29,397 nucleotides of DNA, from positions 1 to 29,397 of the forward strand of contig DATMNR010000294.1 in NCBI GenBank assembly GCA_035568795.1. The letters are read 5' to 3'. Each line of letters opens with the position of its first letter. Position 1 is the stretch's first letter. Of this stretch, positions 8,265 through 16,775 are shown piece after piece. The position numbers and the translations under genes are program-made. The notes under the pieces are model-generated. The model made no database searches, was not told the DNA's origin, and was given only the letters and a program-made list of their open reading frames with translations. The DNA is from Ktedonobacteraceae bacterium (GTDB taxonomy: Bacteria > Chloroflexota > Ktedonobacteria > Ktedonobacterales > Ktedonobacteraceae).

Positions 8265-10331
8265 ATGGAGAAACAACCAGCCAACGTGCTTTGGCTACAA
8301 AATAATAACAATTCGCCTCAACGTCAACCAAATCAACTTCGCCAGGGCCCAAATGGACAGCCAAAGCAAAAAGGAATATCTCCTCTCAATCGCTGGTTGC
8401 TCGTAATTGTGCTGATGATGCTTGGGATATTCCTCTTCCAAATTTTTAATAACAATAGTAGCTCGAATACTCCCCAACGTGCTGAACTGACTTACAGCAA
8501 TCTTTACAACCAGATAAACGCAGGAAACGTCAAGTCCGTCACTATCACCGGAACAACTGATATAACGGGGACCTTTTGCCAACCTGTAAACAACTTCAAT
8601 GAGTTCCACGTCACACAATTGCCAAACGGGGATCCAAATCTTGTTCCAGTACTCACTGACCCTACGAACAAAGGCTATCAAAAACCCACCAAATGTACTG
8701 GTGCAGATTCCACAATCGTTATTACTCAACCAGCACAAGATAACAGTTTCTGGCTGAATATCTTGATTGCGTTTCTTCCATGGGTATTCTTAATTGCAAT
8801 CTTCATCTTTATTAGTCGCCGTGCATCACAAGGTCAACAGGGCATCTTTAGTTTCGGCAAGAGTCGTGCCAAACTCATACTCGAGGATCGCCCTAGCACA
8901 ACATTTGCGGATGTCGCGGGTGTAGACGAATCCAAGTATGAATTGCAAGAAGTAGTTGAATTCCTGAAGACGCCAGAGAAGTTTCAGCGATTGGGTGGTA
9001 AGATTCCACGCGGTGTTCTTCTGGTAGGCCCTCCTGGAACAGGTAAAACTCTACTGGCACGAGCCGTTGCTGGTGAGGCCGGAGTTCCTTTCTACTCTAT
9101 GTCTGGATCAGAGTTCGTTGAAGTGCTCGTAGGTGTTGGAGCTAGTCGTGTGCGTGATCTGTTCGATCAGGCGAAGAAAGCAGCTCCCAGTATCATTTTC
9201 ATCGATGAAATTGACGCGGTTGGAAGACAACGCGGCTCGAGCATCAATACCAATGACGAGCGCGAACAAACTCTAAACCAATTGCTTGTAGAAATGGATG
9301 GATTTGATACCCGCCAGGCAGTTGTCGTCATCGGCGCTACTAACCGCCCCGATGGTCTTGATATAGCACTATTGCGACCAGGCCGCTTCGATCGGCGTGT
9401 GACAGTTGATCGACCTGACTGGACTGGTCGTTTAGCTATTCTCAAAATTCACGCGCGTGAAGTGCCAATGGGCCCTGATGTAGACCTAGTTGCTATGGCT
9501 CGAGCTACTGTAGGAATGGTAGGCGCCGACCTGGCAAACCTGATCAACGAAGCAGCGCTCCTGGCAGCACGCCGTAACCTCGATTATGTCAACCAGAAAT
9601 GTTTTGAAGAAGCATTAGACAAAATTCTGCTTGGGGCAGAACGTCCCTTAGTTTTACACGACGATGATCTCAACGTCATTGCATATCACGAGGGAGGCCA
9701 TGCTCTTGCTGGCATTCTTTCAGTACATGCTGATCCCGTCAGTAAAGTCACAATTGTGCCACGCGGACAGGCATTAGGTGTCACTATGTCAGTACCTATA
9801 GATGATCGTTACAACTACTCGAAAGAGTATTTGCTCACACAGATTGTGACCGCGCTTGGCGGAAGAGCGGCTGAGCAGATAGCTATTGGGCATATTACAA
9901 CGGGGGCAGAGAATGATCTCCAACGTGTGACCGCAATTGCTCGTCAAATGGTCACTCGCTGGGGTATGAGCGAACGTCTAGGGACAATTTCTTTCAGTGA
10001 ACGCCAAAGCCCATTTATGAGTGTTGGTGATACGGGTGCTCCTGGTGATTATAGTGAAACGACCGCGGAGTTAATTGACGATGAGGTTGATCGCATTGTG
10101 CGTGAGTGTTACGAACGCGCGCTGGAACTTCTGTCAACACATCGTACAGCGCTTGACCGGATTGCGCAAGAGCTTCGTCGTCAAGAAACAATCGACGCAC
10201 GTCAGCTACAGCAGATTCTGGAGGAGACAGGAATAACGGTACCTATGCCAGATCCTGATCAAGTTAGCTTACCACTTGAGATTGTGCCACCGCCACCAAC
10301 TGAGTTTCCTTTCTCAGCAGAAAACCCATAG
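8265..10331 (+). CDS. ftsH: ATP-dependent zinc metalloprotease FtsH
   Basis: Two TM segments, Walker A GPPGTGKT, Walker [22 protein letters not shown], and zinc motif HEGGH. Confidence 0.97.
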   Translation: MEKQPANVLWLQNNNNSPQRQPNQLRQGPNGQPKQKGISPLNRWLLVIVLMMLGIFLFQIFNNNSSSNTPQRAELTYSNLYNQINAGNVKSVTITGTTDITGTFCQPVNNFNEFHVTQLPNGDPNLVPVLTDPTNKGYQKPTKCTGADSTIVITQPAQDNSFWLNILIAFLPWVFLIAIFIFISRRASQGQQGIFSFGKSRAKLILEDRPSTTFADVAGVDESKYELQEVVEFLKTPEKFQRLGGKIPRGVLLVGPPGTGKTLLARAVAGEAGVPFYSMSGSEFVEVLVGVGASRVRDLFDQAKKAAPSIIFIDEIDAVGRQRGSSINTNDEREQTLNQLLVEMDGFDTRQAVVVIGATNRPDGLDIALLRPGRFDRRVTVDRPDWTGRLAILKIHAREVPMGPDVDLVAMARATVGMVGADLANLINEAALLAARRNLDYVNQKCFEEALDKILLGAERPLVLHDDDLNVIAYHEGGHALAGILSVHADPVSKVTIVPRGQALGVTMSVPIDDRYNYSKEYLLTQIVTALGGRAAEQIAIGHITTGAENDLQRVTAIARQMVTRWGMSERLGTISFSERQSPFMSVGDTGAPGDYSETTAELIDDEVDRIVRECYERALELLSTHRTALDRIAQELRRQETIDARQLQQILEETGITVPMPDPDQVSLPLEIVPPPPTEFPFSAENP

Positions 10332-10346
10332 TGTGCTAAAGCCACA

Positions 10347-10829
10347 TTATGGCTCGTTTTGCTCAAAGAAATCGCGTAGCTCTGGATAATCCTGTAATAT
10401 TACATTCACAGCATCTGGTGAAAGCGGTAGAAACGTCCCATGCCCTTCAGCTAGAACTATACTCTCGTCGGCAGCCAGAGTTATTACACCTGAAGCCTGA
10501 AGTGCGCGTCTTCGCTCTACATCAAGCGTAGCACGCACTCTCAACACAGGTCCATAGGGAACATAACGTCGATATCGCACCTCCAGGCGACCTGTCATAG
10601 TCCACTCCCGGTTATTGCCAAGTAAGGAAGTACGCCCAAGGGCTTCATCAAGCACGGCAGCTACAATACCACCATGAATAACTCCCGGAAAACCTTGATG
10701 TTCTTCTCGCGGCTGAAAGTCAGCTACGATAGTGTTTTGATCAAGCCGGAAGAAAAGATGCAAGCCGTAGGGATTTCGATGTCCACAAACAAAGCAACGT
10801 TGATAGCTGCTTGTATCGTTCAATTCCAT
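10347..10829 (-). CDS. PaaI-family hotdog thioesterase
   Basis: CFVCGHRNPYGL, HQGFPGVIHGGIVAAVLDEALG and LEVRYRRYVP. Start set at ATG 10829 (MELND). Confidence 0.88.
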   Translation of the reverse strand: MELNDTSSYQRCFVCGHRNPYGLHLFFRLDQNTIVADFQPREEHQGFPGVIHGGIVAAVLDEALGRTSLLGNNREWTMTGRLEVRYRRYVPYGPVLRVRATLDVERRRALQASGVITLAADESIVLAEGHGTFLPLSPDAVNVILQDYPELRDFFEQNEP

Positions 10830-11099
10830 ATTCACTATTCCAAACGCTGAAAAGTTGACACATATGTAGCATTCTATCAAAAGGAAGACATCTGCTGCAA
10901 ATGAGGAGTATTCTGCCATCCTGCCAATTTCTGCCGCACACACAATAGTAATCTCATGAATCATATGCTATAGTAAAAAGTATCAAAGGAGAAAGAAGCC
11001 GCACGCCATGCGTAATGCGTGTGGTTACCTATCCTTAAACGCTAGTGCGATCTACAAAAACTCCTAGAGTGTTTCCATTGTAAGAATGAGGTTAACAAC

Positions 11100-11555
11100 A
11101 TGGCAAAAAAAGCAAACACCACAACAACACCTTCTAACGCAGAAGTGAACGAACAAAAAGACCGCAAGAAGCAAGCCAAACGAGAAGCTAAAATGATGTT
11201 GGAAATCGAGGAAGCGAAATCCAGTATTGAGAAGGCAGAGAAAAGGCTCGCTAAAGCGCAGGTCAGACTCGAGGCAAGCAATACGCATCTCCGCACACTT
11301 GAGGCCGAATTATCTGAATTTCGCGCACTACACGAGGGAACCGAAGTGAGTGCTCCAGACACAGGTTTCGATCATCAGAACGGGCAACCTGAACCCGGCA
11401 AGCAAACCATTGTCAGCGCCCAAAACAGTGACACTGATCAGCAGGCACAACAACCTGTGTTAAAGGACGAAGAAGCAACGATTATACCAGCTATAGGTTC
11501 CAATCATCAGACTCAACAACCTGATCCCAAAGAGATCACCAGTTCAAATCAATAG
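11100..11555 (+). CDS. Hypothetical coiled-coil protein with disordered Q/D/T-rich tail
   Basis: SD GAGG before ATG; heptad-like KQAKREAK...AEKRLAKAQVRLEA...LEAELSE. A TGCTATAGT extended -10 lies at 10966-10974. Confidence 0.75.
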   Translation: MAKKANTTTTPSNAEVNEQKDRKKQAKREAKMMLEIEEAKSSIEKAEKRLAKAQVRLEASNTHLRTLEAELSEFRALHEGTEVSAPDTGFDHQNGQPEPGKQTIVSAQNSDTDQQAQQPVLKDEEATIIPAIGSNHQTQQPDPKEITSSNQ

Positions 11556-11635
11556 GACTCACATTCCAATTGTATAGAACCCACGACAGTGAAACTCATC
11601 ACCCGTAGTACTCTATCAAGCTTGATTCGACTCTA

Positions 11636-11686
11636 GGACAGGTAGGGACACCCCTCGCGGGTGTCCGGCTTGCGGGTGTCCTGTCC
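11636..11686 (+). repeat. GTAG-tagged REP-like palindrome
   Basis: GTAG (11642-11645) followed by GGACACCC-ctcgc-GGGTGTCC. The right arm is repeated (GCGGGTGTCC to 11681), and the element is nested in GGACAGG/CCTGTCC. Confidence 0.75.
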
Positions 11687-11738
11687 ATTCCGCCAAATGA
11701 ATCCAGACAGAGTAGTAGGGGCCTAGAATGTGCTCTTT

Positions 11739-11793
11739 TGTCATCCTGAGCGTCAGCGAAGGATCTCATCGCCCATCACACGAGATCCTTCAC
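11739..11793. repeat. TGTCATCCTGAG-type REP-like element, paired inverted copies
   Basis: TGTCATCCTGAGCGTCAGCGAAGGATCTC (11739-11767) plus a truncated inverted copy GAGATCCTTCAC (11782-11793). Confidence 0.85.
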
Positions 11794-12650
11794 TTTAAAT
11801 ATTTTTCACGAAAATGTTCGGCTCTAGTACTTCTCGGAGCCAGTACGCCTCTTCCCTTTAAATACAGGTAAATCCATAGAGAAACTCCAAGCAAGAGGCC
11901 ACCTATAAGGTAAGCACCTAACACATCAGTAGCCCAGTGATCACCCAGGTAGATACGCGATGGTCCAACCAGTACAACAAAGAGCCCCGAGATAATTAAT
12001 AGTATATCGCGCCACCAATGATTACCTTTAAAGAGGATGATTCCGAAAGAGAACAGTAGCCCCCAAAATGCGACATAAGCCATGACATGACCGCTGGGGA
12101 AACTATTTCCGCCAGCCTGCTGAATGACATCCACCAGGCCAGGAGTAGGACGAGGGCGACCCACAATATATTTAATCAACCCATTAAGAATGGAACTGAC
12201 TGCGGAAACAGCCGCGACCATGACCGCTTCCAAACGCAAATCAACAATCCACAATAATACGATAGCCAGAATAATAAGACCTAATGAGAGAAGGGACATA
12301 TTACCGATATAACTGATAGCTACCATGCTATATTGCAACCAGGGAGATTGGTTTTCTTGAAACTCTCGCGTTATTGTGACATCAATAGCTAGAACAGGAT
12401 GATAAAATACCCACAAGGCAAGTAATCCAAAAAGTACAAATAGAATAGCATACAAAACTATCAATATTCGACCCCATTTGACTATTTGATACCATGGCCT
12501 ACGTGCTTCAGTAACATCCTGCCAGGCTTCTTTGACGACTCCTTCCGTCTCTTCTTCGATCTTTTCTCCAATAGAAGTGCCATTGGTATTGGGAGCATTC
12601 TCTTCCGTATTTTGCTTTTCTTGATCTTGATCGCTCTGTTTTTGCTGCAT
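11790..12650 (-). CDS. PAP2-family membrane phosphatase
   Basis: C1 KYIVGRPRP, C2 SFPSGH, C3 SRIYLGDHWATDV; multiple TM segments. Confidence 0.93.
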   Translation of the reverse strand: MQQKQSDQDQEKQNTEENAPNTNGTSIGEKIEEETEGVVKEAWQDVTEARRPWYQIVKWGRILIVLYAILFVLFGLLALWVFYHPVLAIDVTITREFQENQSPWLQYSMVAISYIGNMSLLSLGLIILAIVLLWIVDLRLEAVMVAAVSAVSSILNGLIKYIVGRPRPTPGLVDVIQQAGGNSFPSGHVMAYVAFWGLLFSFGIILFKGNHWWRDILLIISGLFVVLVGPSRIYLGDHWATDVLGAYLIGGLLLGVSLWIYLYLKGRGVLAPRSTRAEHFREKYLK

Positions 12651-12775
12651 ACTACTTCCTATTTTGCTCTACGAAGAACATGCTCATCCCTGCGGATAGT
12701 ATATCTCTATTACGTTTCTAAAACTCTGATCGTTGCTCATCAGGTGTTTAATCAACCGGCCTTATATCTTTTGCA

Positions 12776-12804
12776 TTGACTATTACCGAATTTCTCGCTA
12801 CATT
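12776..12804 (+). promoter_or_regulatory. Sigma-70-type promoter TTGACT-N17-TACATT
   Basis: Hexamers at 12776-12781 and 12799-12804, upstream of the GNAT gene. Confidence 0.5.
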
Positions 12805-12839
12805 CTAACGTAGTAGAGTAAACAAAGGAGAAGCCGAAC

Positions 12840-13724
12840 ATGCATGATTTTGAAGTCCGACCAGCGCGCCCAGAAGACCGCGAAGCCGTCCTGGCTTTTT
12901 GCCAACAAACCTGGGAATGGGGTGATTACCTAGAATACGTCTGGGATGAGTGGCTGAATAACTCACAAGGCAAATTATTCGTTGCTACTAAAGATGGTCA
13001 ACCTGTCGCTGTAGCCAATATGCGCATGCTTAATAAAACAGAAGCCTGGTTTGAAGGAATGCGCGTAGACCCGGCATTTCGCCAGCACGGCATAGCTTCA
13101 GCTCTCTTTGATGCACAACTGGTCGAGGCAAAACATCGTGGAGCGACTACTGTCAGGCTCATTACCGAATCAACCAACACTACTGCCATTCGTCTACTGG
13201 AAAGAAGTTTTATGAATCGCATAGGAGCCTATACGATTTATCGAGCAGTAGCTGCCACAATACCCACGAAAAAGTCTTATGCCCTCGAAACACCAGTTTT
13301 AGCCACTTCTGCCGACCTTTACGACATTATTGATTACCTCAACACCTCAAACATCTTTCCAGCAATAGGCGGTTTATATTATCAGGGTTTTACTGCTTAC
13401 ACCATCACCAAGGATCTTGTACTCGAGAAAATAACAGCTCAGCAACTCTATATTTTGCGACGCTGGGATCGTCTGGATGGGCTGGTAATAGCTGAACCTC
13501 GCGCAGGCCACCAGGGAAAGCATCTATTCGTAGGATATATTGACGGCACAACAGAATCGATCAGTATGATTGCCTATGCCTTACGACACTTTCTCCACGA
13601 TCTAGATCTGGAAAGCATCATTGCTCATGTACCAGACCTGATGATGGTACGTGACGCCTTTGTGGGGGCAGAATACGAGTGGGATGGCAGAATATTCTAT
13701 ACGTACGAACGGATTTTAGTATAA
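12840..13724 (+). CDS. GNAT-family N-acetyltransferase
   Basis: Acetyl-CoA motif A FEGMRVDPAFRQHGIASAL and N..AI.L.E; SD AAGGAG. C-terminal half unassigned. Confidence 0.88.
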   Translation: MHDFEVRPARPEDREAVLAFCQQTWEWGDYLEYVWDEWLNNSQGKLFVATKDGQPVAVANMRMLNKTEAWFEGMRVDPAFRQHGIASALFDAQLVEAKHRGATTVRLITESTNTTAIRLLERSFMNRIGAYTIYRAVAATIPTKKSYALETPVLATSADLYDIIDYLNTSNIFPAIGGLYYQGFTAYTITKDLVLEKITAQQLYILRRWDRLDGLVIAEPRAGHQGKHLFVGYIDGTTESISMIAYALRHFLHDLDLESIIAHVPDLMMVRDAFVGAEYEWDGRIFYTYERILV

Positions 13725-13752
13725 CCGATCCATGCAAAAGTAAAAACTTTCT

Positions 13753-13775
13753 AACGAAACCTCTGCTGTTTCGTT
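13753..13775. terminator. Hairpin between convergent GNAT and KAS III genes
   Basis: AACGAAAC-ctctgct-GTTTCGTT, 8 bp stem with no clear U tract. Confidence 0.3.
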
Positions 13776-13784
13776 GCCACCATT

Positions 13785-15032
13785 TTATTGAGGATCCAGC
13801 ACAGCCTCCAAATTCTTGAACTCATGGAAGCGCAAAAGCCAGCAACCATAGTTCATACCTCCACCAACAGCAGGAAGAGCCATCCACTGGCCCTCGTGCA
13901 GGCGTCCCTGGCGTAGAAGTTCCACCAGTGCGGTCGCTATACTGGCATTAGAGAGGTTACCATAATAACGGAAATTATCCACCAGCTTCTCCATTGTTGA
14001 AGACGGCCAACCATAGTCATGGATCAGTAATTCTCCCATGCGGCGCGTAATGCGCGAATTGGCCTGGTGTGGCACGATATGCGTTAAATCGTCATACCCT
14101 AACCCGGCATGGCGACACAGCACATCTACAGATTCTGCCATAGCGCGTGGAGCTTCGCGAAAAACCTCTTTACCATTCATTTTAGTATAGCCTACCATGT
14201 ACTGTGAAAGCATTAAATTCAGATCCGCACCCCTCCCAGCCTGGTAGAGCTCGCGCATTTTCATATCGACTTCAGCCATCTCGACGACATCTTTGCGCAG
14301 AGGTGTCTGATAGAAAAGTGATTCAGCCTGGTTTGCATCAGAACCATTAATCACATAGGTCTCTTCCTCACCCAGTTCCAATAAAAAAGCGCTGGCCCCC
14401 TCGCCAAAAAGGGAACTCGTTTTCCAATCCAGAACATTCAAGATATTGGGAAGTAATCCTTCAGAAGTAACCATGAGTACGAGATTGGCAGAACCGGCCT
14501 TTAGCACTTCGCTGCACACCTGAAAAGCCTCGGTTTGGCAAGCGCAAGCGCCTTTGAGCATACTTGCGCGTACAGGTCCTAATCCCAGGCGATTCTGAAC
14601 AAGACCGGCGATAGTTGGGAATGCGTCATTATCAGAAGAAGAAGCTCCGATCACCGTATCGATTTCAGAAGCGTCACGACCCGAGCTGGCGATGGCGCGC
14701 CGGGCAGCAACCACAGCCATATCCGCTAGTGTCTCTTCTCTGGGAGCCTTTGGATTGTCAATCAGTCCTGGAGCATCCGCTCCCGCCATTTTACGGCAAA
14801 GTTCCAGTGTGCTGGCACGCACATGCCGCGTACTCAAACCCGTTACACGTTCCAGGTCATCGGCGCTACGAGGATCTCCCAGGCGCGTGGATATAGCAGC
14901 AAAAAATTCGTTTGTAATCATACCAGCGGGAGCATAGGTGCCTAAACCTATCAGGCGTACTTTTGCTTTGGTGTAGACTTGAGGCACGACATAGACATAC
15001 TCAGGCCATTGCCCTGTGCGGCTTTGTGACAT
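13785..15032 (-). CDS. 3-oxoacyl-ACP synthase III family (FabH-like) condensing enzyme
   Basis: Cys-His-Asn triad: KGACAC, PHQAN, YGNLSNAS. Also IGLGTYAP, FGEGASA, MNGKEVF and GGGMNYG. SD GGAGG before ATG 15032. Confidence 0.9.
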   Translation of the reverse strand: MSQSRTGQWPEYVYVVPQVYTKAKVRLIGLGTYAPAGMITNEFFAAISTRLGDPRSADDLERVTGLSTRHVRASTLELCRKMAGADAPGLIDNPKAPREETLADMAVVAARRAIASSGRDASEIDTVIGASSSDNDAFPTIAGLVQNRLGLGPVRASMLKGACACQTEAFQVCSEVLKAGSANLVLMVTSEGLLPNILNVLDWKTSSLFGEGASAFLLELGEEETYVINGSDANQAESLFYQTPLRKDVVEMAEVDMKMRELYQAGRGADLNLMLSQYMVGYTKMNGKEVFREAPRAMAESVDVLCRHAGLGYDDLTHIVPHQANSRITRRMGELLIHDYGWPSSTMEKLVDNFRYYGNLSNASIATALVELLRQGRLHEGQWMALPAVGGGMNYGCWLLRFHEFKNLEAVLDPQ

Positions 15033-15068
15033 CAATTTAACCTCCTGGAGGGGACTGCTTCTGCCTGT

Positions 15069-15077
15069 AGTATAACA
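15069..15077 (-). promoter_or_regulatory. Extended -10 element (TGTTATACT) for the KAS III gene
   Basis: TGn-TATACT about 35 nt upstream of ATG 15032. Confidence 0.5.
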
Positions 15078-15111
15078 CACAACGGCGAATCAGGCGTCAG
15101 AAGTGCCCACA

Positions 15112-15150
15112 TAAAATGAAGCAGGTGACCGGTAGAGCCACCTGCTTCAT
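15112..15150 (-). terminator. Intrinsic terminator of the zinc-ribbon gene
   Basis: Perfect 12 bp stem ATGAAGCAGGTG / CACCTGCTTCAT (15116-15127 and 15139-15150), followed by TTT on the minus strand. Confidence 0.8.
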
Positions 15151-15177
15151 CGTCGCTACTTGAAAGTAGACCTGGAT

Positions 15178-15549
15178 TTACCAGCCAGAGTTGTAGCGAT
15201 CACGACCATCCTGACCGCGACTGCTGCTATAGCTGTGTGTATTGCGAGCGGGACGATGCGACTGGTAACAATCACTACAGTATACAGGACGGTCTTGACG
15301 TGGAATGAATGGGACAGAGGTAGGTCGTCCGCAGTCAGCGCACGTCGTTTCATAATGCTCGACATTACGTGAACGAGGGGCTGTTGACTGGGAATTACGT
15401 CGAGCAGCACGGCAACTGGGGCAGCGTCCTGGCTCATTGGTCAGATTGCGACTGGCGAAAAACTCTTGTTCTCCAGCGCTAAAGGTAAAGTCCTGACCGC
15501 AGTCGCGGCAGGTAAGGATACGATCCTGGTATCCTCCATTGGACATCAT
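15178..15549 (-). CDS. Zinc-ribbon / CxxC-x17-CxxC domain protein
   Basis: YQDRILTCRDCGQDFTFSAGEQEFFASRNLTNEPGRCPSCR, then TTCADCG...VPFIP..DRPVYCSDCY, then an S/R/G-rich tail. SD AAGGGGA. Confidence 0.92.
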   Translation of the reverse strand: MMSNGGYQDRILTCRDCGQDFTFSAGEQEFFASRNLTNEPGRCPSCRAARRNSQSTAPRSRNVEHYETTCADCGRPTSVPFIPRQDRPVYCSDCYQSHRPARNTHSYSSSRGQDGRDRYNSGW

Positions 15550-15559
15550 GGGTAATAGT

Positions 15560-15776
15560 TCCCCTTCTTGTTTGTTCGCTCCGCCCAATTGATCTAATAC
15601 GTTGCATGGATGTTCAGGAGACTCGTTTAATACTTGTAGTAGAAGTGTCTCGGGGTGGCCAGAGAAGTCTAGGGACTTTCAGTGAGGCAGGCAGGCACTC
15701 CTGGATTCCGGGTGGCGGAGCGAAACCAGGGATTGGATATTACTTACCTTGTCCTAAACCACCTTTTCATTGTACC
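15560..15776 (-). promoter_or_regulatory. Extended -10 promoter plus ~210 nt structured 5' leader (candidate cis-regulatory RNA)
   Basis: TGGTACAAT at 15768-15776. 11 bp long-range complement 15714-15724 / 15575-15585. Local hairpins 15699-15731, 15665-15678 and 15618-15651. Confidence 0.55.
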
Positions 15777-15845
15777 ATAGAAGAAGCAAAAAAGATATGT
15801 TTCGCCTGGTGAGATAATACGCATTAATCCCTATTTGGAGGCGCC

Positions 15846-16607
15846 TTGGACATCGCTACCGAGATCAAACAAGATGAACCTCTACTCGTCCAGCAGGCTC
15901 GTCAGGTACATACCATTACTGATCGTTTTTCAAGGGCAAACACCTACCTTGTCAATGATGAGGAGCATTGTTTTGTCATTGATCCTGGTTCTGTGCTCAA
16001 CACACACTTAACGCTACATTACCTCCAACGATTCCTACATCGCTCCCCCAGCGATATCGATCTTATCGTGCTGACACATTTACATCCCGATCATACAGCC
16101 GGAGTCGAAGCTCTACGCAAAGCCTGTAAGGCGCCCATTGCCGCGTCTATTGTCGCGCAACAATTTGTGCAATCATGGATAGATGGTAACCAGGAAATTC
16201 GGAGCAAACCGGGAATGAGCCATTTCGTTGGACATATGCTGAGCCAGCACCCTTTACCAGGCGCCTTGCATCATTTGGATCTCTTTCCACCACACTATGA
16301 GCAACAGGCACAAATGGTGGATATCTGGTTAGAGGATGTAGCAGGACTCCCAAATCATCTTAACTGGCGTGTCATCGCAAGTCCCGGGCACACACCCGAA
16401 AGCCTTTGTCTTTACAATCCCTTTAGCTACGAACTGGTGTGTGGAGATACTGTTGTCACGCTTGAGGGGGGAGCAGCGCTTGTGCACCAGCGCACCCTAC
16501 AAATGACACTTCAAACACTACGCAACCTGAACGTGCTCTACCTCTATCCCGGTCACGGTAGGCCAATTCTATCAAGACACGCCCTGGCAAACATCCAGGA
16601 TTCGTAG
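15846..16607 (+). CDS. MBL-fold metallo-hydrolase (glyoxalase II-like)
   Basis: THLHPDHTAG (HxHxDH), SPGHTPES, CGD and YPGHG. TTG start with SD GGAGG. Confidence 0.92.
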   Translation: MDIATEIKQDEPLLVQQARQVHTITDRFSRANTYLVNDEEHCFVIDPGSVLNTHLTLHYLQRFLHRSPSDIDLIVLTHLHPDHTAGVEALRKACKAPIAASIVAQQFVQSWIDGNQEIRSKPGMSHFVGHMLSQHPLPGALHHLDLFPPHYEQQAQMVDIWLEDVAGLPNHLNWRVIASPGHTPESLCLYNPFSYELVCGDTVVTLEGGAALVHQRTLQMTLQTLRNLNVLYLYPGHGRPILSRHALANIQDS

Positions 16608-16729
16608 GGACGGGGGAGTGGATGATGGGCGGTGGGGGCGCTCGCGCCGTCCTGGCATCCCCATCCACGAATGACTGATAAGGTGCACTACCAATTTGTA
16701 TTGGCGCTCGCGCCGTCCTGGTGCCCTAC
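16604..16729. repeat. Cluster of GTAG-tagged REP-like elements
   Basis: GTAGGGACGG...CCGTCC at 16604-16655; a second core GGCGCTCGCGCCGTCCTGG at 16703-16721; inverted tag CCCTAC at 16724-16729. Confidence 0.8.
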
Positions 16730-16775
16730 ACACCATCATCCCCTTTTTATGCGACCCGCCTCGAGGTGGGGTACC

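Noticed and set aside
10331-10345. CIRCE-like half-site GTGTGCTAA after ftsH, and AAGCACTC at 20156
   Set aside because: Only single half-sites, with wrong position and no N9-spaced partner.
15743-15769. Short ORF MKRWFRTR in the zinc-ribbon leader (minus strand)
   Set aside because: Its ATG overlaps the predicted -10 element, so it lies upstream of the likely transcription start.
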